From: the human T2T-CHM13v2.0 reference genome, Homo sapiens
Length of the DNA: 64,000 bases
Direction: 5' to 3' (one strand)
Assembly: GCF_009914755.1 (NCBI RefSeq)
Contig: NC_060933.1
Of the stretch, positions 17,613 to 35,188 are shown piece by piece (within the stretch, counting starts at the first letter, position 1; each line of letters opens with the position of its first letter). Below the pieces are notes generated by a model that worked only from the letters and a program-made list of their open reading frames with translations, did not search any database and had not been told where the DNA came from. A program made the position numbers and the translations under genes.

Positions 17613-19031
17613 TTATGTATAGATTTACCAGAAGGAATAGTCCATGAGAAAAGGTAGATTGTACTGTTCACGTTCTGTGTGAGATACCAGTGTTTTTCAT
17701 CAGTACTGTTTGTCCATTGTGAGATGGTCCTGCACCATGTTTTCTTAGCAACCATGGCAGAAGGTAGTTGGAAATTAGATACTGCAGTCTTCCAGAGAGG
17801 CCTCAGTGTGGGGGGATGCAAAGAAGGTGCACTGTGTGCGGGGCACCACCTGTGAGACCCTAACCCCGAGCTGCTCCCCACACCACACTGGGGCCGCTGC
17901 GTGAGACTGGTGAGGCCGGACACTTGCGTGCGAGTTGCACGAAGCAGGCTTGTCACTCACAGATGAGCAGGGGACAGCAGATGCCGGGGCTCGTGGTGAT
18001 CTGGCCCCCAAGGCTCAGGCAAGTGGCCAGGGTGGATGGGGTCTTGTCTGCATTATCTGTGTGTGCCCTATGTTGTACTGCAGTTGGGAGACCCCGAAAG
18101 TGCTATTTTGGGTTTTATACTCGGGGCCACCTGACCCGCTGGACTGAGTTTTAGGACACCCTGTTGTGGGAGGGACAGGAGCAAAGCCCAGGCCACTCTC
18201 AGCTGCTCCTTATCTCAGGGTGTTGCATTCCCAGCACATTGGAAAGTTTTTCTTGAGAACTGCAAGCAAGAAAGGAGGGAGAACCGGGTGGTTCAGTTCT
18301 CTGTCCCCGGGGAGCTGTCCTGCTGGGGCAGGTGATGGAATCTGCCACATTTTCAGTGTTTTTGCCGCGTGTCTGTAACCAGCATCTAAGTGTGCAGGGG
18401 TTACTTTGGAACCCTGAGAATTGTATTTAGCTCCAGGCCTCAGGATTTTGCTATAACTTTGTAGTAGCTGCATTACACATCCCACAAATTCTTTTGGCCT
18501 ATAAAATATATAATTATAGATCCTGAGGAACTTGGCTTAATATATTATTGATACAAAAACAGTACAAAACTGCTTTGACTAAAATTCCTTCGTTATTTGT
18601 AGTAGCAAAATATGTTGTTTTTTCTCTCCAGCAATTCAGAATTGTCCACTGCCTTGGTATTTCTAATTTCCCTGCTTGTCCAGGTGACATCTGTTTGCTT
18701 TCCTGATACCTTCACAGGCTTCCCTTGTCCCCAGGAAGCCTCCCACGCCCGTCCACTTTCTCTCCTGTCTCCAGTTTCCCATGAGGCACAGCTGGTGCCG
18801 AGGCATCCGAGTCTCCCCTGCACCTCTGGATCGCACACACTCATTCTGCTTTTCCCTCCTGTATTTTGACCAGATCTGACTTTTGCTAAGTCCATGTGCC
18901 CCTCCAGGTGTTTGTGTGGTGAGACATTGTGCTCATTCATTCCCTGGAAAGTTTGCAGTGTGTCTGGTACGTAAGCGTGAGGCGGGTCACTGATGCGGGA
19001 AGCTCTCCTCACAGTGAAACCGTCCTCGCGG

Positions 19032-19343
<312 letters not shown>

Positions 19344-21109
19344 AAAATCGTCCTCTTTAAAGCAGCCACTGGGTTTGGAATTTATTAAATACTTGAAAAT
19401 CTCAAAAAGTTAAAAATGTCAGGTGAACTGTTGTTTTTTCCCCCCAGTACCAACCTTTATGTGTTATGTGAGGAAATACTGAGTTTATTATTTTTGATGG
19501 AAAATTTATGATTTCTAAGAAGTCATTTTTTGACTGAGAACTTTTATCTTTCTCAAATCTTAGCCTGAACTAGCCAAGTTCAGGCTGCTGTAGCGAGCGT
19601 CTCCCTGGCGGCCAGAGTTGCAGGGCTGTGCTAGAGTTTGCTAGCCGCTGGGATGCCTTGAGATAGAGGTGTGACCCTGGGCCTCTTCACCAGGTGGCAG
19701 AAACCAGCTTAGATCAGCTTCTGCTAAAGAGGCCACTTGTCACCTCACATGACAAGGAGCTTGGAGAGGCTTTACTTCTGTGTGCCGCCTTCCCCGTGGG
19801 CGGTGAGCTGTCCCTGGGGTCGTATCCAACCCCCTGAGGATGACGGCTGCTCTGTTAGTCTCAGTGCTGCACTGAGACCCGCAGGCCCCACGGCTGGAGA
19901 GGTGGGGAAGGATGTGATTTCTGTTACTGGACAGGCAGTGCTGGGCCCCTAGGACGATGGGTCACTCCAGCCCAGCTGCGAACAGGTGCGCTGCCTGCAG
20001 GGGCTGCCCTGCACGTGCGAGTGAGTGCCCACACGCTGCACCAGTTGGAACTGAGAGTCAGGCGGAAGGGCCTGTGTGCCCTGGCCTTAACTCTGGGTTT
20101 GCAGGATTTTCGCACACCACTTTTATTTCAGTTTCTAGTTCTTTCCACAGCTAGATTCAGTTATATTAATAAGCATAAAAGCCAAAATTGTGTTTCTGTT
20201 ACATGGGTTAGTTAGGTCACTGTTTGACAGGCATTCTCATTTAATAGACTTTATTAAAATCATCAGTAAAGCTGCTACTATGGGATACAAGCTCAGAGAC
20301 AGAATATATTACACTTATTTGAATCTTTGTTAAAATGGCATTTGTAGACAAGAGATCAGAGTCCCTGAGGTAAAAGCGGATCTGCTATTTGGTGCTACGA
20401 TAAGGCTAAATAGCAGTGAGAATTTCTGCTGGTGCCCCCAGGGAATTAATAAGGCTGGGAGGGGGAGTAAAAACTATACATAAGCCAGTGCCTTTAACAT
20501 TCATGTATAACCTTCCAAACATTTAACGACTGTGTGAATATGTGAATTAATTAATAGAGATGAGGTCATGTTATGTTGCCCAGGCTGGAGTGCAGTGGCA
20601 CAATCATGGCTCATTGCAGCCTCAACCTCCTGGGCTCAAGCCCAAGTAGCTGAGACTACAGGTGCACCATCATGACTGGCTATGATGCAGATTTTTTTGC
20701 TCATATTGGTTAAGGGAAAAGTGGTCGTCTAACAGTATGTGTAGTATCTCATTTATATAATATGTGTAAATTATACCTTTATCAGCGTATTTGCACAGAA
20801 AAATGTTTGGAAGGTTATACTTGAATGTTAAAGTAATTGGCTTATGCATAGTTTTTATTTTTTCCCTATTAATTTCCTTTATTTAAATTAAAAAAATTAT
20901 ACAATGACACGAGTTTATCTTTTCAAAATCAAATCCCATTCAAGCAGAATGTCCCTACCTACCCCCTCACTCTCCACCCCCGCAGCTTGTATTGTGATGA
21001 GTTTGATGTATATCCTTCAAGATCTTTGCCTTTAATTTTTTAGAGAGATGCTTGAACCCGTCAACAATATAATATTGCTTTGTATATATTTCATTTTTTT
21101 CCTATTAAC

Positions 21110-21886
<777 letters not shown>

Positions 21887-23783
21887 TACAAAGCCATTCT
21901 TTTACTGAATTATGATATAACTAGTCAACGTCAGGAAGTTTATATGTATGTTTAAAATATATATGTGGTATTTTGCTATGTCCTGTTTTTTTACTCCACA
22001 AGTTATTATTTTCTGATTTGAATTACTGCATATACATTGTATTTTTCCTTTTAAAGGAGTCTTTTCTAATAATTGCATTGGTCTCATAGCCACAAATTAA
22101 AGAAATTTATGATTGCATCTGTAAGGTTTGTTTGTATACCTCTAAATCTTTTTTCCCCTTGCTGGTTTTTTTATTGTGATAAAGTATACTTAACATAAAT
22201 TTTACTACTTTAGCCATTTCTAAGTGTGCTATTAAGTGGCATTAAGTACCTTCACAGTGTTGCATAACAACCATTGTAACCGTCATCAGTCTGTTTCCAA
22301 AACATTTTCATCACCCCAAGCAGAAACTCTGTATCCATTAAACAGTAACTTCTCTTATCTTCCTCCTCCCAGCTCCTGGTAACCCCTGATAGACTTTTTG
22401 TCTCTGAATTTGCTTAAACCCGATATTTCATGTAAGTGGAATTATACAATATTTGTCCTTTTGTGTCTGGCTTATGTCATGTAGCATAAGGTTTTCAAGA
22501 TTCACCCAGGTTGTAGCAGGTATCAGAACCCATTCCTGGATATATACTGTGTTTTGTTTATTCATTCATCTGTTAATGGGCACATGAGTTTTTTCCTATC
22601 TTCTGGCTCTTGTGAATAATGCTGCTTCGAACATGTATATGCGAGTATCTGTTTTCAGTTCTTTGGGGTATATACCTAGGAGTGGAATTGCTGGATCATG
22701 TGGTACTTCTGTGTTTAACTTCCCGAGGTCAAACTGATAAGCAGTTTTTCATGGTAGCTCCATCATTTTGTGTTTCCATTAGCAATACATGAGGGTTCAG
22801 ATTTCTCTACTCCTCACCAACACTTTTTGCTGTCCATTTTGTTGATTGTAGCTATCCTAGTGGGAGCAACGTGGTATGTCATTGTGGTTTTGACTTACAT
22901 TTCTGCAATGCATAATGAATGATGTTGGCCATCTTTTCATGTATTTATTGGCTGTTTGCATATCTTTGGAGAAATGTTTATTCAGATCTTTTGCCCATTT
23001 TGGAATTTGTCTTTTTATTGCGTTGTAAGATTATTCATTTATTTAGTCAGTCAGTCAGTCAGTCACGGGATCTCACTGTGTTGCCCAGGCTGGTCTCCAG
23101 CCCCTGGACTCAGGTGGCACTCCCAGTTCAGTCTCCTGAGTAGCTGGATTACAGGTGTGAGCCACTGTGCCAGGCTTGGAAGAGTTCTTTATATTTTCCA
23201 GATACTGGGCCCTTACCAGATACATGATTTGGAAGTATTTTCTCTCGTTCCTTAAGTTGTCTTTTTATTTCTTGATGGTGTCCTTTGCAGCACAGATGTT
23301 TTTAGTTTTGATGACGTCCAATTTATCTGTTTTTTTCTTTGGTTGCTTGTGCTTTTGGTGTGATAATTTAAGAAATTGTTGCCTAACTCAAGGTTGTGAA
23401 GACTTACCCCTGTGTTTTCTTGTAAGAGTTTTATAGTTTTATCTCATATTTGTTTTTTTTATCTATTTTGAGGCAGTTTTAAAAATTTTTTTAATTTTTT
23501 TATTTTTTGAGGCAGGGTCTCGCTCAGTCACCTAGGCTGGAGTGCAGTGGTGCAATCACAGCTCACTCTAGCCCTGACCTCTGGGGCTCAGGCATTCCTT
23601 TCACCTCAGCCTCCTGAGTAGCTGGGACCACAGGTGTGCACCCCCATCCCCGGCTAGTTTTTGTATTTTTTGTAGAGACCAGGGTTTGCCATGTTGCCCA
23701 TGCTGATCTGGAACTCCTGGCCTCAAGCTACTTGGCCTCCAAGAGTGCTGGGATTAGAGGTGTGAGCCACTGTGCCCAGCTGA

Positions 23784-24066
<283 letters not shown>

Positions 24067-24501
24067 TGATCCACCCGCCTCGGCCTCCCAAAGTGCTGGA
24101 ATTACAGGCATGAGCCACCGCGCTGGCCCCAACTTCATTCTTTTGCATGTGGTAATCCAGTTGCCCCAGCAACATAGTTGATAGGTCTTCCTTATCAAAT
24201 TCATGGTCTGTTCTTGTCAAATATCGATATACTGTAAAGGTATGGGCTTATTTCTAGGTTCATAATTCAATCCCATTGATGTGTGTATCTGACTTTTTGC
24301 CAGTAACACACTGTCCTGATTATTGTAGCTGTGTATTAAATGGGAAAAGGTGAGTCCTCCAGCTGTATCCTTCTTTTTCCAATTGTTTTGGCTCTCTTGA
24401 CCCTCTGAATTTCCTTATGAATTTTAGGATCAGCTTATCATTTTCTGCAACAATAACAGCAGCAAAGCCAGTTGAGATTGTACTTGGGGCTGCATTGGGT
24501 C

Positions 24502-24621
24502 AGTTTAGGTAGAGTTTAGGTGGAGGAGTTGAGGTAGAGTTGAGGTAGAGAGTTGAGGTAGAGTTCAGGTAGAGAGTTTAGGTGGAGGAGTTTAGGTAGA
24601 GTTCAGGTAGAGTTTAGGTAG
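24502..24621. repeat. Short 11-13 bp tandem repeat (agtt[t/g/c]aggtag)
   Basis: About 10 visible copies. Confidence 0.9.
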
Positions 24622-24634
24622 TGCTGTTGCCTGA

Positions 24635-24957
24635 GTGTTTGTGTTCCCCCCAAAACCAAGGTGTTAGTGTTAGCAGGGGAGGCTTTTGGGAGGTGCTTTT
24701 GTCATGAGGCAGAGTTTTCATGAATGGGATTAGTGCCTTAGAAAAGAGGCTTGGGAGAGACTCCTACCCGTCACGCGAGGACACGGCAAGAAGATGGCAG
24801 GCCATGAGCCCGGAAATGAGAGCCTGGCCACACGCTGAATTTGCCAGCACCTTGATCTTGGATTTCCGAGCCTCCAGAACTTAAACAAATAAATTTCTGT
24901 TGGGTCTGTGCCACCCACATGAAGGCAGTTTGTTATAATAGCCTGAAAGGATAAAGT
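24635..24957 (+). mobile_element. MLT1A-type MaLR solo LTR
   Basis: catgaatgggattagtgcctt; gccagcaccttgatcttgga; aaataaatttctgtt; tttgttataatagcctgaa. Confidence 0.8.
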
Positions 24958-26073
24958 CAGAGCACGTCATCGTGTCACCGTCTTCACGGTGTGGTCTCTG
25001 ATCCTTCAACATGGGGCGTCTTTCTATTTAATTGAAACTTCTTTGATTTCTTTCAACTATGTTTTGTAGTTTCATTGTACAAGCTTGAACTTGTTTTGAT
25101 AAATTTATTTCTTTAGTATTCTTTTTGGTTTGGAATTTTTTTTAGATGGAGTCTTACTCTGTTGCCCAGGCTGGAGTGCAGTGGCACAATCTCGGCTCAC
25201 TCCAACCTCTGCCTCCTGGGTTCAAGTGATTCTTCTGCCTCAGCCTCCCAAGTAACTGGGATTACAAGCATGCGCCACCACGCCTGGCTAATTTTTGTAT
25301 TTTTAGTAGAGACAGGGGTTCACCATGTTGGCCAGGCTGGTCTCGAACTCCTAACCTCTAGTGATCTGCCCGCCTCGGCCTTCCAAAGTGCTGGGATTAT
25401 AAGAGTGAGCCATTGTGCCCAGCGTGGAACTGTTCTTGAAATTTCATTTTTATATTCTTCATTGGTAGTTTATATAAACTCGGTTCATTTTCATGTGTTC
25501 ATCTCATACCTTGCCACGCTGCTGGACTCTTTATCCCACACTGGGCCGTGGCCGGCTGCCAGCGCTGCACCCCTCCTCCTCAGAGCACATGGAGGGCCAC
25601 ACTGATGCCTGTGCTTGCTGGAGGCTCTTGAAATGATCACTTGGGAAGAATAAGCATATCTGCTTTATTGTGAAGAGAAATATCAATGTAGAGCATTTGT
25701 ACTGTCTAAATGAGATTTTAAAAAGGGATAGTTTTATAATATTATGGAAATACTTAGAAAATAAAATTTTAATAGATTGTCCAACCGCTATCCACTTGAT
25801 TACCATCACTTAGCAGTGCGTTTTGTGTATTCTCATGCACACGTTTGTATTTGTCATGAGTGATGAGTTTGCTTCTGCGTTCTCCTCGGTTGGTGTCATA
25901 TCACTGCATGGACAGCAGGTGTGTGAAGGTTTGTGTCATCCACCGAGTCTGCCCTGACTGAACTGGTCACATCCGCGGATGGCCGTGGTGACCTCTTCTG
26001 AGCTCTGATCTGCTATTGTGGATGTCTTTGTACAAGAGGAAGTGACTGTCCTGATGGGAGTGGTGAGCTGCTG

Positions 26074-26222
26074 CAGGAGTGACTGACAGTGACTGCTTGT
26101 TCTCCATCCCCCAGGAGTGACTGACAGTGACCGCTTGTTCTGCATCCCCCAGGAGTGACTGTGACTGCTTGTTCTCCATCCCCCAGGAGTGACTGATTGT
26201 GACTACTTGTTCTCCATTCCCC
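26074..26222. repeat. 38-bp tandem repeat x~4
   Basis: caggagtgactgacagtgactgcttgttctccatcccc at 26074, 26112, 26150 and 26184. Confidence 0.93.
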
Positions 26223-26524
26223 TTTTTACACTGGAAAGGATTTTATTTTCAATTACAAAAGAAGTCTCTATGTATAATCTTATTGTGGAAAAAAATCAAA
26301 CATTGCAAATAAAGCTACAGTTTTCTTTGGTCAATGGATCCCACCTCCTCCTCAGAAATACATTGTATGTGAGTTTGGTATGTGTCCTTCAGGAGTATTT
26401 TTGTGCGTGTTCATAGATAATTGAGCTGTGTGCTATTGTTTTTGTGAGTATGTACTTTTTAACATTATGAAATTGCATTCTATGTGTTGGTTGACATTTT
26501 TTTCACTTTTAAAAAATTGACACG

Positions 26525-27340
<816 letters not shown>

Positions 27341-27463
27341 AATGCAGGGTGACTTACTCTTGTGTATTTGCTTTTCTATTTCACAGTATTTCATAGAGCT
27401 CTTCCCATGTCAGTACATAGAGATCAACTTTATGAGCTGTTGCATAATAATCAGACAGCAGGA

Positions 27464-27968
<505 letters not shown>

Positions 27969-28029
27969 TAAGCACCATGAAGTTAAGGTGCTGGGTCATA
28001 CAGAGAGGACTCATTTAAACATGTTTTAA

Positions 28030-28900
28030 AATTATGACAACATATACATAACATAAAATTCACCATCTTAACCATTTTTAAGTATAAAGCTCAGTATTGT
28101 TAAGTATATTCACATTGTGCTGCTGTTACCACCATCCAGCTCCAGAACTTTTTCATCATTTCAAGCTGAAACTCTGTCTCCATTAAATGCCAAGTCTCCA
28201 TTCCTCCCTCCCCTCAGCTCTTGGCACCCACCTTTCTATTTCCTGTCTCTAAGACTTGGACTATCTAGGGACCTTACACAAGTGGACCATACAGTATTTA
28301 TCTTTTGTGCTTGGCTCATTTCTCATAGCATAATGTCCTTAAGGTTCATCTGTGTTATAGGATGTGTCTGAATTTCCTTCCTTTTTAAGGCTGAATAGTA
28401 TATATGTAATTATATATATATATATAAAATATATTTTTTTTTCTTAAAATTTTTTTTTTGTAGAGACAGAGTTTCTCTATGTTGCCTAGTCTGGTCTCGA
28501 ATTCCTGAGCTCAAGTGATCTGCCCGCCTCAGCCTCCCAAAGTGCTGAGATTACAGGCTTGAGCCACCGCGCCCAGCCGTAATGTTCTGTTGTATGAATG
28601 GACTACATTTTGTTTGTCCATTAGTGGATGTCCGTTGATGGACACTTGGGTTGCTTCCACCCCTTGGCTATTGCAAGCAATGCTGTTGTGAACATGGTGT
28701 GTAAATATCTCTTTGAGACCCTGCTTTCAATTGCTAGGTCATATGGTAATTCTATTTTTGATGTGTTGAGGAACCGCCATACTGTTTCCCATAGCAACCG
28801 CACCATTTTGCATTCTCACTAGCAGCACGCAAGGGTTCCAGCTTCTCCACGTCCTTGCCAGCACTTGTAAGGGTCCATCTCTTTGATGACAGTCTCTCCT
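28030..28900 (-). mobile_element. L1MB-like 3' end with an Alu left-arm insert (~28445-28578)
   Basis: acataacataaaattcaccatcttaaccatttttaagt; gttgatggacacttgggttgcttccac. Confidence 0.8.
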
Positions 28901-29193
28901 GGGTGTGAAGTGGCCTCTTGTGCTTGGTACACTTGCCTGGCTCTTGGCTCCCGCCCACATGCGAAGCGCCCTGTCTCCCCTGGGCAGGGACTGGGCCCTG
29001 TGTTTCCTGGCCCTGGTTCTCTCATTTCCTTCCTCTTTTAATAGAGGACCTTTTGAGAGTGTTCTCTTTCCCTGAAATATAAATGAAGTGCAGTTTACTA
29101 AAAATTCACAGGATATTCCTGATTGTATTGAAGTGCAAAACAGGCAGAACTAATGAGAAGGGTGATGTGTGTAAGAATTTGGAAATGGTATAG

Positions 29194-29669
<476 letters not shown>

Positions 29670-30509
29670 AGATGGTGTTTTTCCATCAACTTTTTCTTTT
29701 TACTTAGAAAGGAGTTTTTAAAACCATCAAAAGTGAGAAAACTCTCTTTTAGACGTTGATATCTTCCATGTGTGGGAGGAGCTAGATGATCTGCGCGCTG
29801 GTCAGGAGCACGTTGCATGGTGTGTGTGTGTCGGACGGCAGTGAACAATGCTCAGGCGCCTGCTCCAGCCCTGGTGAAGCCATCATGCTCCAGTGCGCAG
29901 TGTCTGTTGCTGCTGGGTGTGGGAGCACCAAGGAAGAGACCTGGGCAGGAGCTGACTTCAGAGCCGGCTGAGGAGGGGTGAACACGTGCGGGCAGTGGTA
30001 GGGTGTCTTTTGGAAAAAAGGGACAATCAGAAGCCTGAGAGTCCGGGGTGGATGTGGCCACAAGGGTTGTCCTTGGAATCGGCTGGACGGCACCTCTGCC
30101 TGCCTCACCTGGGGGCTTTGGACCCTTTGGCGAATGGGCACAGCAGAGGTTTTCAGCATGGCAATAATAAGACTTTTTAGAAAGGAAAAGTGTAGTGGGT
30201 GGATGGAAAGAGCAGGTTAATTGTTAAACTCGTAGGGGAGATGGGCTGAGGGCCGGAGCCACAGCGTGGAGTTGGAGACGCACAGTGAGGCCGGGCTAAG
30301 GGGACTGGACTTGTTTTTGAACAGTTCAAGTTAGCGGGTATCTAACAAGCAGTGACTGATGTCTTCCATGTGGCAGATACTAAACACTTTAATTTTATAT
30401 TTATTAAATATATTGAATAATATTAGAGCTGATAATCAATTCAGAACTTAGGCATCACCCACAGTCCTGAGTCCTGCAGCCCCCGCATAGCCTGCTGAAC
30501 TGGTTTTGT

Positions 30510-30615
30510 AGTTAGTTGTTCCCATTTTACTGCAGAGGAAACGGGCACAGAGAGGTTAAGAAACCAAGGTTACGCATCTCATTAATGACAGAGCTGGGAT
30601 TCGAATCTAGCCAGT
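30510..30615. mobile_element. MIR fragment
   Basis: cccattttactgcagaggaaacgggcacagagaggttaag...gagctgggattcgaatc MIR core. Confidence 0.75.
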
Positions 30616-30644
30616 CTATCAAGCTTTGCCTGTCACTTACCCAC

Positions 30645-31548
30645 CACGCAGTGGTGCAGGACGCTGGCCGATACCCCCCACACAGTGGCACAGGACGCTG
30701 GCCGATACCCCCCACACAGTGGCTCAGGACGCTGGCCGATACCCCCCACACAGTGGCGCAGGACGCTGGCCGATACCCCCCACACAGTGGCTCAGGACGC
30801 TGGCCGATACCCCCCACACAGTGGCGCAGGACGCTGGCCGATACCCCCCACACAGTGGCTCAGGACGCTGGCCGATACCCCCCACACAGTGGCTCAGGAC
30901 GCTGGCCGATACCCCCCACACAGTGGCGCAGGACGCTGGCCGATACCCCTCACACAGTGGCGCAGGACGCTGGCCGATACCCCCCACACAGTGGCTCAGG
31001 ACGCTGGCCGATACCCCCCACACAGTGGCTCAGGACGCTGGCCGATACCCCCCGCACAGTGGCGCAGGACGCTGGCCGATACCCCCCACACAGTGGCGCA
31101 GGACGCTGGCCAATACCCACCAGGCGATGGTGCTGGACGCTGGCCGATACCCCCCACACAGTGGCTCAGGACGCTGGCCGATACCCCCCACACAGTGGCT
31201 CAGGATGCTGGCCGATACCCCCACACAGTGGCGCAGGACGCTGGCCGATACCCCCACACAGGGGCGCAGGACGCTGGCCGATACCCACCAGGCGATGGTG
31301 CTGGACGCTGGCCGATACCCCCCACACAGTGGCACAGGACGCTGTCCGATACCCCCACACAGTGGCGCAGGACGCTGGCCGATACCCCCACACAGTGGCG
31401 CAGGACGCTAACCGATACCCCCCACACAGTGGCGCAGGACGCTGGCCGATACCCACCAGGCGATGGTGCTGGACTCTGGCCGATACCCCCCACACAGTGG
31501 CACAGGACACTGGCCGATACCCACCATGCGGTGGCGCAGGACGCTGGG
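30645..31548. repeat. VNTR, 34-bp unit (cagtggcgcaggacgctggccgataccccccaca), ~26 copies
   Basis: Directly visible, CpG-rich; explains ORFs 30516..31679 etc. Confidence 0.97.
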
Positions 31549-32549
31549 ACTGGAGGAGGCGCACAGCTGAGGCCGGCTCCGTGCCCTTCTTCCTGCCTGT
31601 GAGGCAGTCTCGTTGGTCGGCAGTCTTGTTGGTCAGCAACCTTGTGGTTTCTGATAGGTTCCATGAATTTTCATCTTAATTTGCTCCATATTAAACTCAG
31701 GGAAGGAGTAGATGTTTTCCAGTTTCACTTGGGCGGGTAGAGGCTGTAAGTCTCCACAGGGCTGTGCTCTGAGCCATGTGCCAGTCAGCAGCCCAACCAT
31801 GGTGGAGACGCGCCTAGCACACAGGCAGGAGCTGTTAGCAGGAGGCTGGCGAGCAGGTGATCAGGCGCGAGGCCTCGGGGTGCCCTTGACCCGGCGAATC
31901 TCCTGGAAGGCAGGCCATCAGCTCGGCAGGCCCAGGAATTTGATGTTGCAGGTAAACCAGATTGTCAGAATTGTACTCTCGGTCTTGAAGGAGATGGTAG
32001 ATAAACTAGAGCATCAGCATATTAGTGGCGGTAAGAACGGCAAGTAGCCGTTTCCAGCTTGACTGCCCTTAGAGCACATACCCTCTGACCTCACACTCAC
32101 CAGTTATGTCAAGGCACCCGTTCTGGTCATGGCTACTTTTTGGTTTTGGACCTGAAAGACTCTAAACAGACAGGTTTTGGCTGATGGGAATTTGGAGTTT
32201 TTGGGGTTTTTGCAGGCAGGTGCTCACACCCTGGGCACCTGGATTACCGACCGCCCGGCCCTGTGTGCCTCCCCTCGGCACGTGTTTCTTCTGTAAGGAG
32301 CACTTAGACTGCTCACGTTCCTGGTTTGCTGATCTTCTCTGTTGGTCCAGTTCCCTGAGGGTACAGACTACAGCCGTTGAGCCTAGGCCTTGGTGGCAGG
32401 TGAGCCCCAGAGCTTGGATTGCTGTGAGATCTGTGTGTCGGGCCTGTGCTGGGAGCATGGACGGAGCCCTGGAGCTGGGGTTTGCTCTGACCCCTGCTGG
32501 CGAGGGGAAGAAGGTCAGGACAAAGAGCATTGCTTTCCTTGTCTCCCGC

Positions 32550-32990
32550 CAGGGACTGCACTGCCCTGAAACTCGGTGGCTGAAACAACAATCATCATTT
32601 GTTATCCCTTTGAGGGGACAGGAATTCAGACGGCACAGAGGAGATGACTTTATTTTGGTCAATGAGTCTCAGCTGGAAGACTCGAACATGGGGGTGGTGT
32701 TAGTGTGGGCTGCGTCCTTCCACATCTGGTGGCCAGTGCTAGTTAGTGGGTTCTTGGCTAGGGCACCCATGTGTGGCCTCCCGGGTGGCGTGGGCCCCTC
32801 ACACACAGTGGCTAGGCAGCACAGAGCAAGCTAGCAAGGCAGAGCTGGGTTGAGGCCGCCGTCTGTGTCATGGGCTGCCACTTCAGCCACATACTTCAGG
32901 TCCACCCAGGCAAAGGAGGGGGATACCGACCCACCTCTCGATGGTGGAGTCTCAGAGTACTGCTGGAGGCACATGAGGGACTGGCAGATA
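32550..32990 (-). mobile_element. Old MLT1-type LTR fragment
   Basis: ccctgaaactcggtggctgaaacaaca...caggaattcaga... resembles antisense MLT1. Confidence 0.5.
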
Positions 32991-34099
32991 TTTGCACTGG
33001 TTTTGCCATCTTTGGACAAATGCCATAGCCGAAAGAACTGGACAAAGGCAGTAGTAGGGACGGGGCCACCTTTGATTGTCTTTCTTTGCAGAGAGGCTCA
33101 ATCAAGGGTTAAGCAGCAGATGGAAAGGGAATCTGTCCTGATATTTTAAAATCCCTTAAATGTAATTTCTGGGGCTACTTTGGATATTAATTGTTTTTTC
33201 CAAATTTAGGAACCAACTCTCCTTTTTCTGCCAAGGGAAAAAACAAAAAGACAAAAGAGGGAAAAGAAAATCTCTCAGATATTGAAAGGATTCATTCTTT
33301 TTCTCTCCACCCCTTTCGATAATTAGCTGGTGAAATTGGTATGTGGAAAATGGTTTAAAATTAGGGGGCGGGTAGAGAGTGCTCTTCATCTCACGAGTTT
33401 CCTGGACCGAAGTTGCTTCCCATCTTGGAGAAGCCGTTTGGCATTTAAAGTTCCTTCTTGCTGCTGTTACAGTTCCCAAGGAGAAGACAAGTCTCTCTTC
33501 CAGATCCTGGGCTTTCCTAAAGCAGAAGGGAGCAAATGGCAGATTGGAATGTGACATTTTTCTTATTTTGACTAGAATAAAGAAAAATCTCCACTGTTAG
33601 GTAGAGAAGGCAGTCTTTTGTGTTGGTTGTTGTGAAATGACGTTTTTAAATGTTGATAGCGTGTAGGATAGTCCAGTGGACCAATGTATTTTCTTGAGGG
33701 GGAGAAGGACCTTCCTTCTAATAGTCTCCCCCAGGTTGTGAAAGGCAAACATCAAGTTCAACTGTAGAATCACGAAGATAAGTTTAAAGAGACCGCACAA
33801 GGGTTTTTCCTTCCATTTTCTTCATGTCTTGCCGTCATGGGGGTATCTTCAAAGCTCGGGTAGGTAATATGTGAAAGTTGACACACCCCTCCCAAAACAC
33901 AAATGGCAGGGTGGAAGTGTGTAGAGGCCATGCTGGGAAGAATACCAGATCAGTTCCAGGGGAGCATGCCTGCGTCTTCCTTCCTTTCCTCCTGAGCTTG
34001 TGTGCTTCTCACTTGTAGTTGTGCCTTCTGGTACTTCTGACCCAGAGGCACAGGACCCCAGAGCAGACCACAGAGCTGGCCCTGTGAAAACAGTGCAGA

Positions 34100-34393
<294 letters not shown>

Positions 34394-35023
34394 ACCAGTG
34401 CAGAGTTTGAGATCCATGTGCCTGATTGTTTTAGCACTTGACCTCCATGTTTCTGTGGGGGTCTCTGGTTCCAGGGCAGGCACTCCTGGAGCTCATTTGC
34501 CCTGAGGGAGATCCTGCTCTGCCCACTGGGATCGGCCGGCCTGGCCTTGTGCTCACTGCACACAGGGTCATACAGTTTACCTAGCATACTGTTTGAAGAT
34601 TTTTTTGAAGCGGTTTTAAATTTCTGGTAACTTTAAAGATTTTTCTTTTAGCCTCATGTAGAAGGACACTTTTTGTGGTTAAAATCTTACTGTTGAGATT
34701 AGAAATTTTTCCTTTGGATCATTTACATTATATTTGGTAAGTTAGAGTGAATATGTTGATAGAATATTCATTTCCAAAGTAGTTTTTATTCTTGCATCCT
34801 TGTAAAATAAAGCCAAATTACAAGAAGTCTTCAGTAATTTGTTTAGTCTAAGAAAAGAACAAAGCTTTCTGGAAAAATGAGCAAAAGAACCCTGAGATAA
34901 GATGATTATATTTTCTCCCCGTTAAGTTTTCCGTTCAGATGATTCTATCCATACAGCTCCTTTTTTGTAGTTTGACTTTTTGAGTAAAATGTGATTGCAT
35001 ATTCTGGTCCAAAGGGAGGATGG

Positions 35024-35188
35024 CACTGTTGTGAGGGCAGCGTGTGAGGGCGGCGTGGCTCGCGGAGGCCTCACTCCCCACTGTTGTGAGGGCAGCGTGT
35101 GAGGGCGGTGTGGCTCGCGGAGGCCTCAATCCCCACTGTCGTGAGGGCAGCGTGTGAGGGCGGCGTGGCTCGCGGAGGCCTCACTCCC
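35024..35188. repeat. 55-bp CpG-rich tandem repeat x3
   Basis: cactgttgtgagggcagcgtgtgagggcggcgtggctcgcggaggcctcactccc at 35024, 35079 and 35134. Confidence 0.95.

Noticed and set aside
24530-24562. Three TGAGGTAG (let-7 5' end) matches, plus GTAGTAGGTT in the 9338 repeat
   Set aside because: Short chance matches without a precursor hairpin; the target-sense site would lie on the non-transcribed strand of an intron.
24502-24621. TTTAGG telomere-like hexamers
   Set aside because: No TTAGGG tandem units; the period is 11-13 bp, so this is not an interstitial telomere.
30680-31500. CCACACAGTGGCGC resembling a CTCF core in each unit
   Set aside because: Mismatches at central high-information positions; not supportable without a PWM scan or ChIP data.
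30516-31679. Repetitive ORFs of 261-387 aa
   Set aside because: Artefact of the 34-bp VNTR.
32184-32834. 216-aa non-repetitive ORF
   Set aside because: No recognisable homology, runs into an LTR relic, GC-rich background, no convincing exon boundaries.
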